Shown here one piece after another: positions 20,756 through 29,506 of a stretch of 33,620 bases of DNA. A program made the position numbers and the translations under genes. Position 1 is the stretch's first letter. Each line of letters begins with the position of its first letter. The stretch lies in the sequence record SRR31156797_4877. One strand, given 5' to 3'. The notes under the pieces were generated by a model. The model worked only from the letters and a program-made list of their open reading frames with translations, was not told where the DNA came from and made no database searches.

Positions 20756-21171
20756 ATGAATACAGCAGAAATATTAAATAATCATAATTTAAAACGAACA
20801 AGTTGTCGCGAAGGCATTCTTGAGGTTGTCTTAAAGGGGCTAATCTGGCACTTTCGGAGGCTGAAATAAAAGAACGTTTGTCTGGCAACTACGATCGTAC
20901 TACATTTTATCGTTCGTTTAAGACGCTGGAGGAAAATAATATTCTGCATAAAATTGTGGTGGATAATCAACTGGTAAAATATGCTATTGATACACAAATA
21001 AGTCAGCAATACGAACACGCACACTTTTATTGCAACGAATGTAATACCGTTAAATGTATGCATCATATACCGGTACAAAAATATGAACTGCCAGATGGAT
21101 ATGCAGATACCAAAACAGATGTATTAATTAAGGGTACTTGTGCCCAATGTAAAAATCAGGAAAGCATTTGA
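20756..21171 (+). pseudogene. Fur-family transcriptional regulator interrupted by a -1 frameshift (pseudogene, sequencing error or recoding)
   Basis: ATG 20756 gives MNTAEILNNHNLKRTSCREGILEVVLKG then TAA at 20867-20869; the -1 frame continues ANLALSEAEIKERLSGNYDRTTFYRSFKTLEE...HAHFYCNEC...GTCAQC; joined product 138 aa. Confidence 0.85.
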
Positions 21172-21530
21172 GCCGCTTATATAAACATATTACACTTTTA
21201 TTGCTGGGAGTATTCTTATTCCCTATCCTGTTTCAATCGTATCACGTTGTTAGGCATCATTCATCGCTTGATAATAGCGAAACTCATGTTTGTGCATATG
21301 AAATTACAAATGCAGACAATGGCTTTCAGATACAAAAAGAGTCACATAAGGAGAAACCATGTCCTATTTGTACTTATCATTTTTCAATCAATGATTTACC
21401 AAGGTTATCTGTTTCTCGACTTATTATTCCTGCCTATACATTTACGTATATAGAAATAGTTGCGCAACTATTTTTCAAACAATGCGTCACAAAAAAATCA
21501 CCCCGAGCACCGCCTGTTTTGCTTTCATAG
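21168..21530 (+). CDS. DUF2946/CruR-like leader protein with His cluster, CxxC and C-terminal RAPP
   Basis: N-terminal hydrophobic segment, HVVRHH...H-C, CPIC (21360-21371), SPRAPP (RAPP 21504-21515); TTG start overlaps the Fur TGA. Confidence 0.75.
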   Translation: MSRLYKHITLLLLGVFLFPILFQSYHVVRHHSSLDNSETHVCAYEITNADNGFQIQKESHKEKPCPICTYHFSINDLPRLSVSRLIIPAYTFTYIEIVAQLFFKQCVTKKSPRAPPVLLS

Positions 21531-21579
21531 TAATTTACATTTTAATTATTCAGGTTTTAATCTCAATTATAGAATTAAT

Positions 21580-23991
21580 ATGAGCAGATTCTTCATGCTT
21601 TTATTAAGCATGGGTATGATGTGCGCTATGGTGTTCGGTCAGTCGCATTATCAGCTTAAAGGTAAAATTGTGGATGAAAATAATGAGCCCTTGGTTGGTG
21701 CTTCTGTCATGTTATATCCTATTCAGGAAGGAACAATTGCAGACATTAACGGCGAGTTTGTTATTCACAATATACTGGAAGGCAAATACGAAATAGAAAT
21801 TTCCTTTATGGGTTACAACACCCTTAAAGACACACTAATACTGAACAATAACAGAACATATCATGCAAAACTAAAGGTAAATACACTCAGCTTGCAGGAA
21901 GTAGTGGTTACTGATCATTATGCAGAAAAACGTAAGAAAGAAGAAGCGCTTAATATTGAAGTGGTAAACGATGATTATCTGAAACGAAACCTTGGTGGAA
22001 GCCTGATGAACTCTCTCGAAAGAATTGGAGGGGTTAGTTTAATCAGTATTGGATCCGGTCAATCGAAACCACTTATTCGTGGTTTAGGATTTAACCGGGT
22101 GGTGGTAGCCGAAAATGGTATTAAGCACGAAGCGCAGCAATGGGGTGCTGATCACGGGCTCGAAATAGACCAATATGCTGTAGATAATGTTGAAATAATA
22201 AAAGGCCCTGTATCCTTAATGTATGGTTCGGATGCCATTGGAGGCGTTATTAATATGAAGAACCGAAGTTTGCCAGCCCCCAATACGATTGGAGGCACCG
22301 TTGATTTATCTGGAAAAAGCAACAACGAATTACTGGGGGGATCAGTTTCGTTATATGGCAGAAAAAAATGGTTTTATGCTGATTTTAGGGCAACCATGCT
22401 GCATTATGGCGATTACAAAGTACCAACCGATAGTATCGATATTTATTCATATAAAGCTGCATTGCATCATCATCAACTCAGAAATACGGCGGGTAAAGAA
22501 CAGAATTTTCATATTACACTTGGTGTAATTCAGAAACAATTTCAAAGTAAATTTTACCTTAGCAATGTATATACTAAGAGTGGTTTTTTTGCGAATGCCC
22601 ATGGTTTGGAACCTCGCAATGTAGATGAAGCTTTGTACGATAAATCGAGCAGGGATATATTGCACCCCTATCAATCGGTGAACCATTTTAAGCTAACAAA
22701 CAGTTCTCAATATCAGGGCGAAGGCTGGAAGTTGGAAACAAACCTGGGTTATCAAAATAATTGCAGGCAGGAACGAAGTCAATATGTACAACATGGACAT
22801 ATGCCAGCTATATTTCCGGATACTTTATCCTTTGATTCTGATCTCGAAAGGGAATTTAAGAAAAACGTATACGCTGCCAACGCTAAATTATCTATTCATT
22901 CGAGTGATACATGGCATTTTAATTTGGGAGTAAACAGTTCTTATCAGGAGAATAGAATTGATGGCAGGGGTTTTATTATTCCAAAATATAATCAATTTGA
23001 TTTGGGAGGATTTGCCTTAGCTAAATACATATTTTCGGGCATAAGTTTTATTCAAGGGGGAATTCGATACGATTATGGGCAAATACAGACAAGTGAGTAT
23101 CTCGATTGGTTTCCTTCAATGCTTGTTGAAGATATTGATACCACTTATCAGTATTTACAGAGAGCAGCTAATATAAACAAGAGCTTCTCTAATATATCGT
23201 GGTCGTTGGGTTATAATTACAATCCTGGTAAATGGATGTATAAGATGAATATTGGAAAAAGTTTCCGCATGCCTATTGCCAAGGAATTAGCTGCTAATGG
23301 TGTCAATTATCATCAATTTAGTTATGAGGTGGGAAAGGCAAATCTTGCACCCGAAGTTGCTTATCAATTGGATGCAGGTATTGAATATTCATCAAGTAAA
23401 TTTGCGATCGGAGCATCACCTTTTCTGAGTTATTTTTCTAACTACATATTCTTAAACCCGTCTTCGGATCACGACAGGCTTTATGGTAATGGAAACCAAA
23501 TATTCTATTACACCGAAAGTGAGGTTTTACGATATGGATCAGAAATCCATGCACATTATGAACTATCACATGCCATTCAGCTGGGAGTGATAGGAGAATT
23601 TGTGTATTCCGAACAACTTTCGGGTGAGAAAAAAGGATTTACCCTGCCATTCTCACCTCCGGCTTCCGCTATTTTTAATATTAAATATCAAAAACCAAGA
23701 ATTTGTTGTATTCAGAATGCATACTTGTCTCTTGATTACAGGATTTCAGCCGCCCAACATAATATTGTCCCCCCGGAAAAAAGTACTGATGGCTATCAAG
23801 TTGTTAATGTTGGCTTGGGAGGTGATTTAAAAGCCGGTAATCAAAAGATAGATATCTCTGTGCAAGTTCAAAACCTGTTTAATACCAAGTACTTTAATCA
23901 TACCAGCTATTACAGGATTATTAACATTCCTGAAGCAGGTAGAAATATTATTGTTAATCTTTCTATTCCATTCTCACGAAGGATTAACTAA
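21580..23991 (+). CDS. TonB-dependent outer-membrane receptor (probable metal uptake)
   Basis: Signal peptide from ATG 21580; carboxypeptidase-regulatory-like N domain (GKIVDENNEPLVGASV); LQEVVVT; plug KPLIRGLGFNRV, VEIIKGP-SLMYGSDAIGGVIN; NLFNTKYFNH...GRNI. Confidence 0.93.
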   Translation: MSRFFMLLLSMGMMCAMVFGQSHYQLKGKIVDENNEPLVGASVMLYPIQEGTIADINGEFVIHNILEGKYEIEISFMGYNTLKDTLILNNNRTYHAKLKVNTLSLQEVVVTDHYAEKRKKEEALNIEVVNDDYLKRNLGGSLMNSLERIGGVSLISIGSGQSKPLIRGLGFNRVVVAENGIKHEAQQWGADHGLEIDQYAVDNVEIIKGPVSLMYGSDAIGGVINMKNRSLPAPNTIGGTVDLSGKSNNELLGGSVSLYGRKKWFYADFRATMLHYGDYKVPTDSIDIYSYKAALHHHQLRNTAGKEQNFHITLGVIQKQFQSKFYLSNVYTKSGFFANAHGLEPRNVDEALYDKSSRDILHPYQSVNHFKLTNSSQYQGEGWKLETNLGYQNNCRQERSQYVQHGHMPAIFPDTLSFDSDLEREFKKNVYAANAKLSIHSSDTWHFNLGVNSSYQENRIDGRGFIIPKYNQFDLGGFALAKYIFSGISFIQGGIRYDYGQIQTSEYLDWFPSMLVEDIDTTYQYLQRAANINKSFSNISWSLGYNYNPGKWMYKMNIGKSFRMPIAKELAANGVNYHQFSYEVGKANLAPEVAYQLDAGIEYSSSKFAIGASPFLSYFSNYIFLNPSSDHDRLYGNGNQIFYYTESEVLRYGSEIHAHYELSHAIQLGVIGEFVYSEQLSGEKKGFTLPFSPPASAIFNIKYQKPRICCIQNAYLSLDYRISAAQHNIVPPEKSTDGYQVVNVGLGGDLKAGNQKIDISVQVQNLFNTKYFNHTSYYRIINIPEAGRNIIVNLSIPFSRRIN

Positions 23992-24016
23992 ACATTACAA
24001 TTCAATCCATTTAAAA

Positions 24017-24817
24017 ATGAAAACAATGAACACTAAATTTATATCACTTATACTATTCGTTACGCTTATTTCAATCACTGTTTTTACATCTTGTGAGGAT
24101 GAAGAGGAATTATCCAAGCCGGAGATCAATATGTTGGAATTAGGCCTTGAGGATAGTCACGTTGCCTATCAGGGTGCTGATTTTCATATTGAAGCTGAAA
24201 TTGTAGCCGAAGGAAAAATAGACTATATTATGGTAGAAATTCATCCTGAAGGTGAAGAAGAGGAAGAACTTGGACACGAACATGAAGAATGGGAGTTTGA
24301 TTCAATCTATACCGAAGGTTTTACAGGACTAAAAAATGCTACTTTTCACAAACACATCGATATTGACGCTGCAGCAGAAGCTGGTGAATATCACTTTCAT
24401 TTTATCGTGGTTGATATGGAAGGTAATCAGGTAACTTACGAAGGAGATATTGAAATTCTGGAAGCAATATCTAATATTAATGTTTCAAACCTTTCCGTTA
24501 ACGGAGATGTGCACGATGTATCTAAAGCCTCCGGAAGTTTCATCATTTCATTTGATGCTTCAACAGAAAGTGGAACCTTGGCCAGCTACAGCATTGAAGT
24601 ACATAATCATCCTGCAAGTGGCCTTGAAGAGGACGAATTTAAAATAATAGATGATGAATTTACAGACAGTTTTAGCGGATTAACTTCTGCTTCTGTAAAT
24701 AAAACAATTACATTAGATGCAGCAGCTCCATTGGGAGAATACCATATAGAAATCGTGATTGTTGATTCTGAGGCAAATGAAAAAGTTGTTTCTGCTCATA
24801 TTGATTTAGAAGACTAA
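24017..24817 (+). CDS. DUF4625-like lipoprotein with two tandem Ig-like domains
   Basis: Lipobox FTSC followed by EDEEE; FHIEAEIVAEGKI, FHKHIDI...AGEYHFHFIVVD; second copy LGEYHIEIVIVD; start 24017 or 24026. Confidence 0.72.
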   Translation: MKTMNTKFISLILFVTLISITVFTSCEDEEELSKPEINMLELGLEDSHVAYQGADFHIEAEIVAEGKIDYIMVEIHPEGEEEEELGHEHEEWEFDSIYTEGFTGLKNATFHKHIDIDAAAEAGEYHFHFIVVDMEGNQVTYEGDIEILEAISNINVSNLSVNGDVHDVSKASGSFIISFDASTESGTLASYSIEVHNHPASGLEEDEFKIIDDEFTDSFSGLTSASVNKTITLDAAAPLGEYHIEIVIVDSEANEKVVSAHIDLED

Positions 24818-24824
24818 ATTTTTA

Positions 24825-24853
24825 TCCGGTCAATCTTGATTTGATTGGCCGGA
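24825..24853 (+). other. Intra-operon stem-loop without U tract
   Basis: tccggtcaatc-N7-gattggccgga directly after the stop codon. Confidence 0.55.
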
Positions 24854-24892
24854 ATTATAAAATCAGTAATGAAACTAAAGAACCTATTATAA

Positions 24893-25384
24893 ATGAAAAA
24901 AGTAAAAAATTATATTTTCCTTATCCTGTTGATAATCCTATTTAATGCATGTGAAAAGGATAAGGATATTGATACAGAAAAACCGGAAATCGATTTAAGT
25001 ATAGCAGATGCTTTTCCTGTGCAATGCGACACTATTTATTTTGGCGAAACCTTTGAGTTTAAAGCCTTGTTTAGCGACAATGTGGAATTAGGCTCCTTTA
25101 GTATTGATATTCATAATAATTTCGATCATCATTCGCACAGTACCGAAGTTTCAGAATGCGAACCGGAAGCGGATAAAGATCCTGTAAACCCATATTTGTT
25201 TATTAATGACTATGATATTCCTGTCAGCTTAAACGAATACGAAACAGCTGTATTTATTACCGTTCCTTCTGGAGATGGTACTTCATTATACGATGAAGGT
25301 GATTATCATTTTTATATCAGCTTAACGGATAAAGAAGGTTGGTCTACTCAAAAAGGATTAAGCATTAAAATACTTCACCGATAG
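24893..25384 (+). CDS. DUF4625-like lipoprotein
   Basis: Lipobox FNAC followed by EKDKD; DTEKPEI, FSDNVELGSFSIDIHNNFDHHSHS, GDYHF-ISLTDKEGW. Confidence 0.78.
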   Translation: MKKVKNYIFLILLIILFNACEKDKDIDTEKPEIDLSIADAFPVQCDTIYFGETFEFKALFSDNVELGSFSIDIHNNFDHHSHSTEVSECEPEADKDPVNPYLFINDYDIPVSLNEYETAVFITVPSGDGTSLYDEGDYHFYISLTDKEGWSTQKGLSIKILHR

Positions 25385-25750
25385 ACTGTATTACAACTGA
25401 GAGACATTTATCTTGTCGAGTAAATGATAAACTTAAAAATATTATTAAGTATTTCCTTTCAAAAAAAAGATCCGGTGTGTTTGTACCCGATCTTATACTT
25501 TTTTGGATAATACTTGGGTCTTTATAATTCGATAAAGACAGTACTAATATATCATCTTATCTTTTCTTAGCTTAGCAGATAATCTTCTGGACATATATTA
25601 GCCATTTGTGCATACCTTAATATATTAATTATATTTAAGCTATATTTAAGATGAGGGTAGATTGTATTCTTGTCGATAATAACTTTTTTTTGAAAATCTT
25701 AAGTGTAAGCGAGTTATTATTTATTTGTAAAACCTCCAATAAGTCATTAA

Positions 25751-26746
25751 TTGAATTATCAGGGACAGTATATTAAAATTGCGTTAATTTCATCGCCTAT
25801 AATGGTATTGTTTGAATTATCACCCCTTTTTTTTATTAACAAACAACCTTATGTTCACTTTTTTATTGGCTTCTCTGTGCTTAGTGCAATTACCGTACTT
25901 CAGTGGCTTGTTAATATTTATATATTCACGAAAGATGATTCTTTTTTCAATACGAGAAAAAGACTGTCCTATGTAATTAGTTATATTATTGCTCTGCTCG
26001 TAACTGGCGTACCTGCTTTTATTCCTATTTATGGAGCTAAACCAGAAGAACCTCTCCCTTCTCCATTATATCCATTTGCAAATGCTCTGGCATTAAACAC
26101 TATAATTTTAATCATAATATATTCCGTAAAAAATCGTACTAAAAGCGAACAAAAAGACAGAGAATTGACTAGTCTAAAGATAAAACATTTAGAAGCAGAG
26201 CATCAGCAGTTAATCCAGCAACTTCAACCACATTTCTTATTTAATGCACTTAGTACACTAAAGTCGTTGATATATTCTAATCAAGAAGATGCAGAAGAGT
26301 ATGTAGTAGGTTTATCTGAATTCCTTCGCTTTTCAGTCTCTTCGCATAATAAAGACTTAGTATTAGTGAAAGATGAATTAGACTTTACCTTAACTTATAT
26401 AAAGTTACAACAATTAAGGTTTTCTGATGCGTTCTTTTATAAACTAAATATTCCAGAAGAATTTCTCTATTCATATTTCATACCTATTTATGGAATTCAA
26501 ACCTTAGTGGAGAATGCTATAAAGCATAATGCATTTTCAAGACAAAAGCCAATGTACCTTACGATTAGTTTTATTAAGGGAAAAATAGTGGTTAAGAATA
26601 ATATTGTTTCAAAAAGAACGATTAAAAAGGGTGGTGTTGGATTAGAAAATTTAAATAAAAGGTTTTTACTTGCCGGAGGTAAACCATTGCTTATTAAAAA
26701 CACAGATAAACACTTCTCGGTCAACTTAACATTAATTTCTAAGTGA
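25751..26746 (+). CDS. LytS/YehU-type membrane sensor histidine kinase
   Basis: Several N-terminal TM helices; QLQPHFLFNALSTL, QTLVENAIKHN, GVGLENL; TTG start. Confidence 0.9.
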   Translation: MNYQGQYIKIALISSPIMVLFELSPLFFINKQPYVHFFIGFSVLSAITVLQWLVNIYIFTKDDSFFNTRKRLSYVISYIIALLVTGVPAFIPIYGAKPEEPLPSPLYPFANALALNTIILIIIYSVKNRTKSEQKDRELTSLKIKHLEAEHQQLIQQLQPHFLFNALSTLKSLIYSNQEDAEEYVVGLSEFLRFSVSSHNKDLVLVKDELDFTLTYIKLQQLRFSDAFFYKLNIPEEFLYSYFIPIYGIQTLVENAIKHNAFSRQKPMYLTISFIKGKIVVKNNIVSKRTIKKGGVGLENLNKRFLLAGGKPLLIKNTDKHFSVNLTLISK

Positions 26747-26749
26747 AAC

Positions 26750-27514
26750 ATGTTGAATATAGTTATAATTGAAGATGAAAAGCTAACAGCAAAGGATTTA
26801 GTTCGAACTTTATCCCATATTGATCACGATATTGAAGTGGTAGCAGTCCTTTCTACTGTAGAAGAGTCACTTGAGTACTTTAAAAGCAATCCAGAACCTG
26901 ACCTAATATTTTCAGACATAGAGTTACCTGATGGTAATAGTTTCGAAATATTTAAACAGCTTAATATTAAAACTCCAATAGTATTTTGTACGGCTTACAA
27001 TCAATATGCACTTGATGCGTTTAATGTATTTGGAATAGATTATTTATTAAAACCATTTAGTAAAACATCTATTTCTAAATCTTTGAATAAGTTCAAATTA
27101 CTTAAATATCACACCCCAATTACCCCAGATATTCTAAATCATTTAAACCTGCAAGATTATCTACAACCAGTCGAGAGCAAACATTCTATTTTAATCTATT
27201 TAGGAGATAAGATTATTCCTATTAAAATTAACGATATAGCTTTGTTTGCTGTTGTTCATAAATCACTTTTCGCCTTTACCTTCGACAATCAAGACTATTG
27301 CATTACATACAGTATGGAGGAATTGGAAAAGCTATGTGGTTCTTTATTCTTTAGAGCCAACCGACAACACTTAATTAACCGTAAGTCAGTTAAAAATGCC
27401 TCTCGATATTTAAACCGGAAACTCCTAGTTAACTTGAATATACACTACAAGCAACAGATTCTAGTTGGGAAATTAAAAGTAACCCTATTTTTAAAATGGC
27501 TATCAGAAAGCTGA
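26750..27514 (+). CDS. LytTR-family response regulator
   Basis: IIEDE, IFSDIEL, TAY, DYLLKP receiver; FFRANRQHLIN LytTR domain. Confidence 0.93.
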   Translation: MLNIVIIEDEKLTAKDLVRTLSHIDHDIEVVAVLSTVEESLEYFKSNPEPDLIFSDIELPDGNSFEIFKQLNIKTPIVFCTAYNQYALDAFNVFGIDYLLKPFSKTSISKSLNKFKLLKYHTPITPDILNHLNLQDYLQPVESKHSILIYLGDKIIPIKINDIALFAVVHKSLFAFTFDNQDYCITYSMEELEKLCGSLFFRANRQHLINRKSVKNASRYLNRKLLVNLNIHYKQQILVGKLKVTLFLKWLSES

Positions 27515-27521
27515 ATGACAA

Positions 27522-27595
27522 TGTCCGCTTTAAATATAATTTTGTCCAACTCGGAGCGACAGTATTCTTTCTCCAATTTTATCTTTTAATCTTTG
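27522..27595 (+). promoter_or_regulatory. Candidate LytTR direct-repeat site and near-consensus -7 box
   Basis: TGTCC at 27522 and 27543 (21-bp period); AATCTTTG at 27588-27595. Confidence 0.4.
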
Positions 27596-27606
27596 TGCTA
27601 AATTAA

Positions 27607-27780
27607 ATGGCACAAATGAATTATAAACAAATCATTTCCAAAGACGATAATTACACACTCAACCTAGAGCACCCCAATCCAAATGTTATAAAGAACAAAA
27701 TAACAACTTGTACAGAGGTACTAAAAATAAATGCTCAGCTCCCTTTTCTTTTTTTAATGTTTGTTAATAGTAATACATAA
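27607..27780 (+). CDS. Possible 57-aa small ORF
   Basis: ATG after A-rich aattaa, open to TAA 27778-27780: MAQMNYKQIISKDDNYTLNLEHPNPNVIKNKITTCTEVLKINAQLPFLFLMFVNSNT; no recognisable family. Confidence 0.25.
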   Translation: MAQMNYKQIISKDDNYTLNLEHPNPNVIKNKITTCTEVLKINAQLPFLFLMFVNSNT

Positions 27781-27977
27781 GAACAAACAATATACAACCT
27801 AAAGTAGATGTTTATTTAGTCATAAATGTTATGATCTCTTTTAACTCCTAAAAGACCATGTTTTTAGGGAGCATAAAAATCTACCCTATTGGCTAATCTA
27901 TTGACTTTATACCAAGCAAAATTTTTAACTATTGGATATTTATCCACACTATTCAGAAATTATTCAATAAAACTTAA

Positions 27978-29477
27978 ATGAGAAGCATAACTATATTGTC
28001 ATTGTTATTATTATGCTCGATAAAATTAACTGCACAAATCCCTATGATACCAATACCGATTAGGAACAGGTCTCAAATGACACCTATTGTTCCTACTTCA
28101 AAGGTTTTGGTATTTAAGAATAATAAATCAGGGAAAACTGATACATTAACAATAGGAGCACGCGTTAAGTTATGGTTTAAATCCCATGAGAAAACTACAA
28201 TTCACCAACCTATTCTAAAATCCGATTTTAACAGAAGCACATATTTCATAGAGTCTAATCTTATAAATATTACAGATAGTTCTATTGTTTTAATGCGCAA
28301 ATCGTTTAATCCATTACCCATTCCTTTACCAATAAATTTAAAGAAAGATTCTTTACCCGATTCTTTTATCGACATTAGAATTTCCGATATAATTAAGTTT
28401 ACATCGTATATTGAAAGTGTTCAAAAAGGTGTACAAAATGCAGTCATGTTTCCGGCTATGTCCTTTTTTCCTGAAGAATTTTCAACTTGGCCACAAATGT
28501 TATATACAATGCCTGCAAATATGGTATTTATGCAATTAATTGGAAGTTCTCTTTATGGAGCGCGTTCGGTTAATGATGAGGATGATAAATACTCACTTTA
28601 TATCCACGAAACAGGTTTTTTAGATGTTTCAGTGCAAGAAGCAATTAATGATCATAAAGAAGATGAGTGGCAATATGAGAAATCAGAAAGGCTGGATGAT
28701 CTTTACATAAAGATAGAATCTCAATGGATGGATAAAGTTTTAAGTACTAATAAAGGTAATAAAATAATTAGTTTACATATTGGATCATTGTTTATGCCCA
28801 ACTATATTCATACAGACTTTGATGCAAGTACTCAAGTAAAAATTTATAATAAAAAGCGGGTCTTTGGCTTTTCAACAGAACATTTTGTTTCTGAAAAATT
28901 TAGAATAGGAACTGAAATGCAAATGCATGCAACCCAAAGATCCTTTTATATGCAAAAAAATGGAAGTATGGGAGGCGGAAGCGGTTTTATATTCTCAAAC
29001 TTTACTTTCTTTAAACTTCAAATAGGCAATGGTTTATATTCCAAAAATTATAGAAATAGATTAAAAACAGAGATTGCAATGAGCAATCCTAATAAATATG
29101 ATGAATTTGAGAAATTAGCACTGAAAACTAAAAAAACAAAACTACTGGCCGAACCTAAACCTTATTTCTTAATTGGAGCAGGAGCTGTTAATACAACATT
29201 AATTAGAATGAAAGGAAGTCAATCTAATCTAAGTATGAAAGAATATGAACAAAAGAAGTTTTCTATAGAAGGTGGTTTTGGCTTATTTAGCAGAGTATCA
29301 AAACGAATGACATATGATATGTCTTTGAAGTATATTTGGAGTCCTAAATATTCACCTTCAATTGGCAGCGTACATAGTTATAGTGGTATAAAACTACAAT
29401 TGAATGTTGGATATATGATTGGTACGGGTTTAAGCAAAATGAAAAAAGAGCTTAAATTAATAAGGTCAAAATACTAG
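27978..29477 (+). CDS. Hypothetical secreted protein with probable C-terminal outer-membrane beta-barrel
   Basis: 499-aa ORF with signal peptide; PYFLIGAGAV, FSIEGGFG, YDMSLKYIW, GIKLQLNVGYMI strand-like segments. Confidence 0.65.
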   Translation: MRSITILSLLLLCSIKLTAQIPMIPIPIRNRSQMTPIVPTSKVLVFKNNKSGKTDTLTIGARVKLWFKSHEKTTIHQPILKSDFNRSTYFIESNLINITDSSIVLMRKSFNPLPIPLPINLKKDSLPDSFIDIRISDIIKFTSYIESVQKGVQNAVMFPAMSFFPEEFSTWPQMLYTMPANMVFMQLIGSSLYGARSVNDEDDKYSLYIHETGFLDVSVQEAINDHKEDEWQYEKSERLDDLYIKIESQWMDKVLSTNKGNKIISLHIGSLFMPNYIHTDFDASTQVKIYNKKRVFGFSTEHFVSEKFRIGTEMQMHATQRSFYMQKNGSMGGGSGFIFSNFTFFKLQIGNGLYSKNYRNRLKTEIAMSNPNKYDEFEKLALKTKKTKLLAEPKPYFLIGAGAVNTTLIRMKGSQSNLSMKEYEQKKFSIEGGFGLFSRVSKRMTYDMSLKYIWSPKYSPSIGSVHSYSGIKLQLNVGYMIGTGLSKMKKELKLIRSKY

Positions 29478-29506
29478 CGTAAAAACATTTCATTAAAGAA
29501 TGATTA

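Noticed and set aside
20878-21171. 97-aa TTG-started ORF as a complete Fur protein
   Set aside because: Lacks the N-terminal helices, which are encoded from 20756 in another frame
25411-25676. TCTTGTCGA twice (25411, 25668), tandem tatatttaag, and a weak hairpin at ~25467-25494
   Set aside because: Too short and irregular for CRISPR, IS ends or att sites; expected by chance in AT-rich DNA
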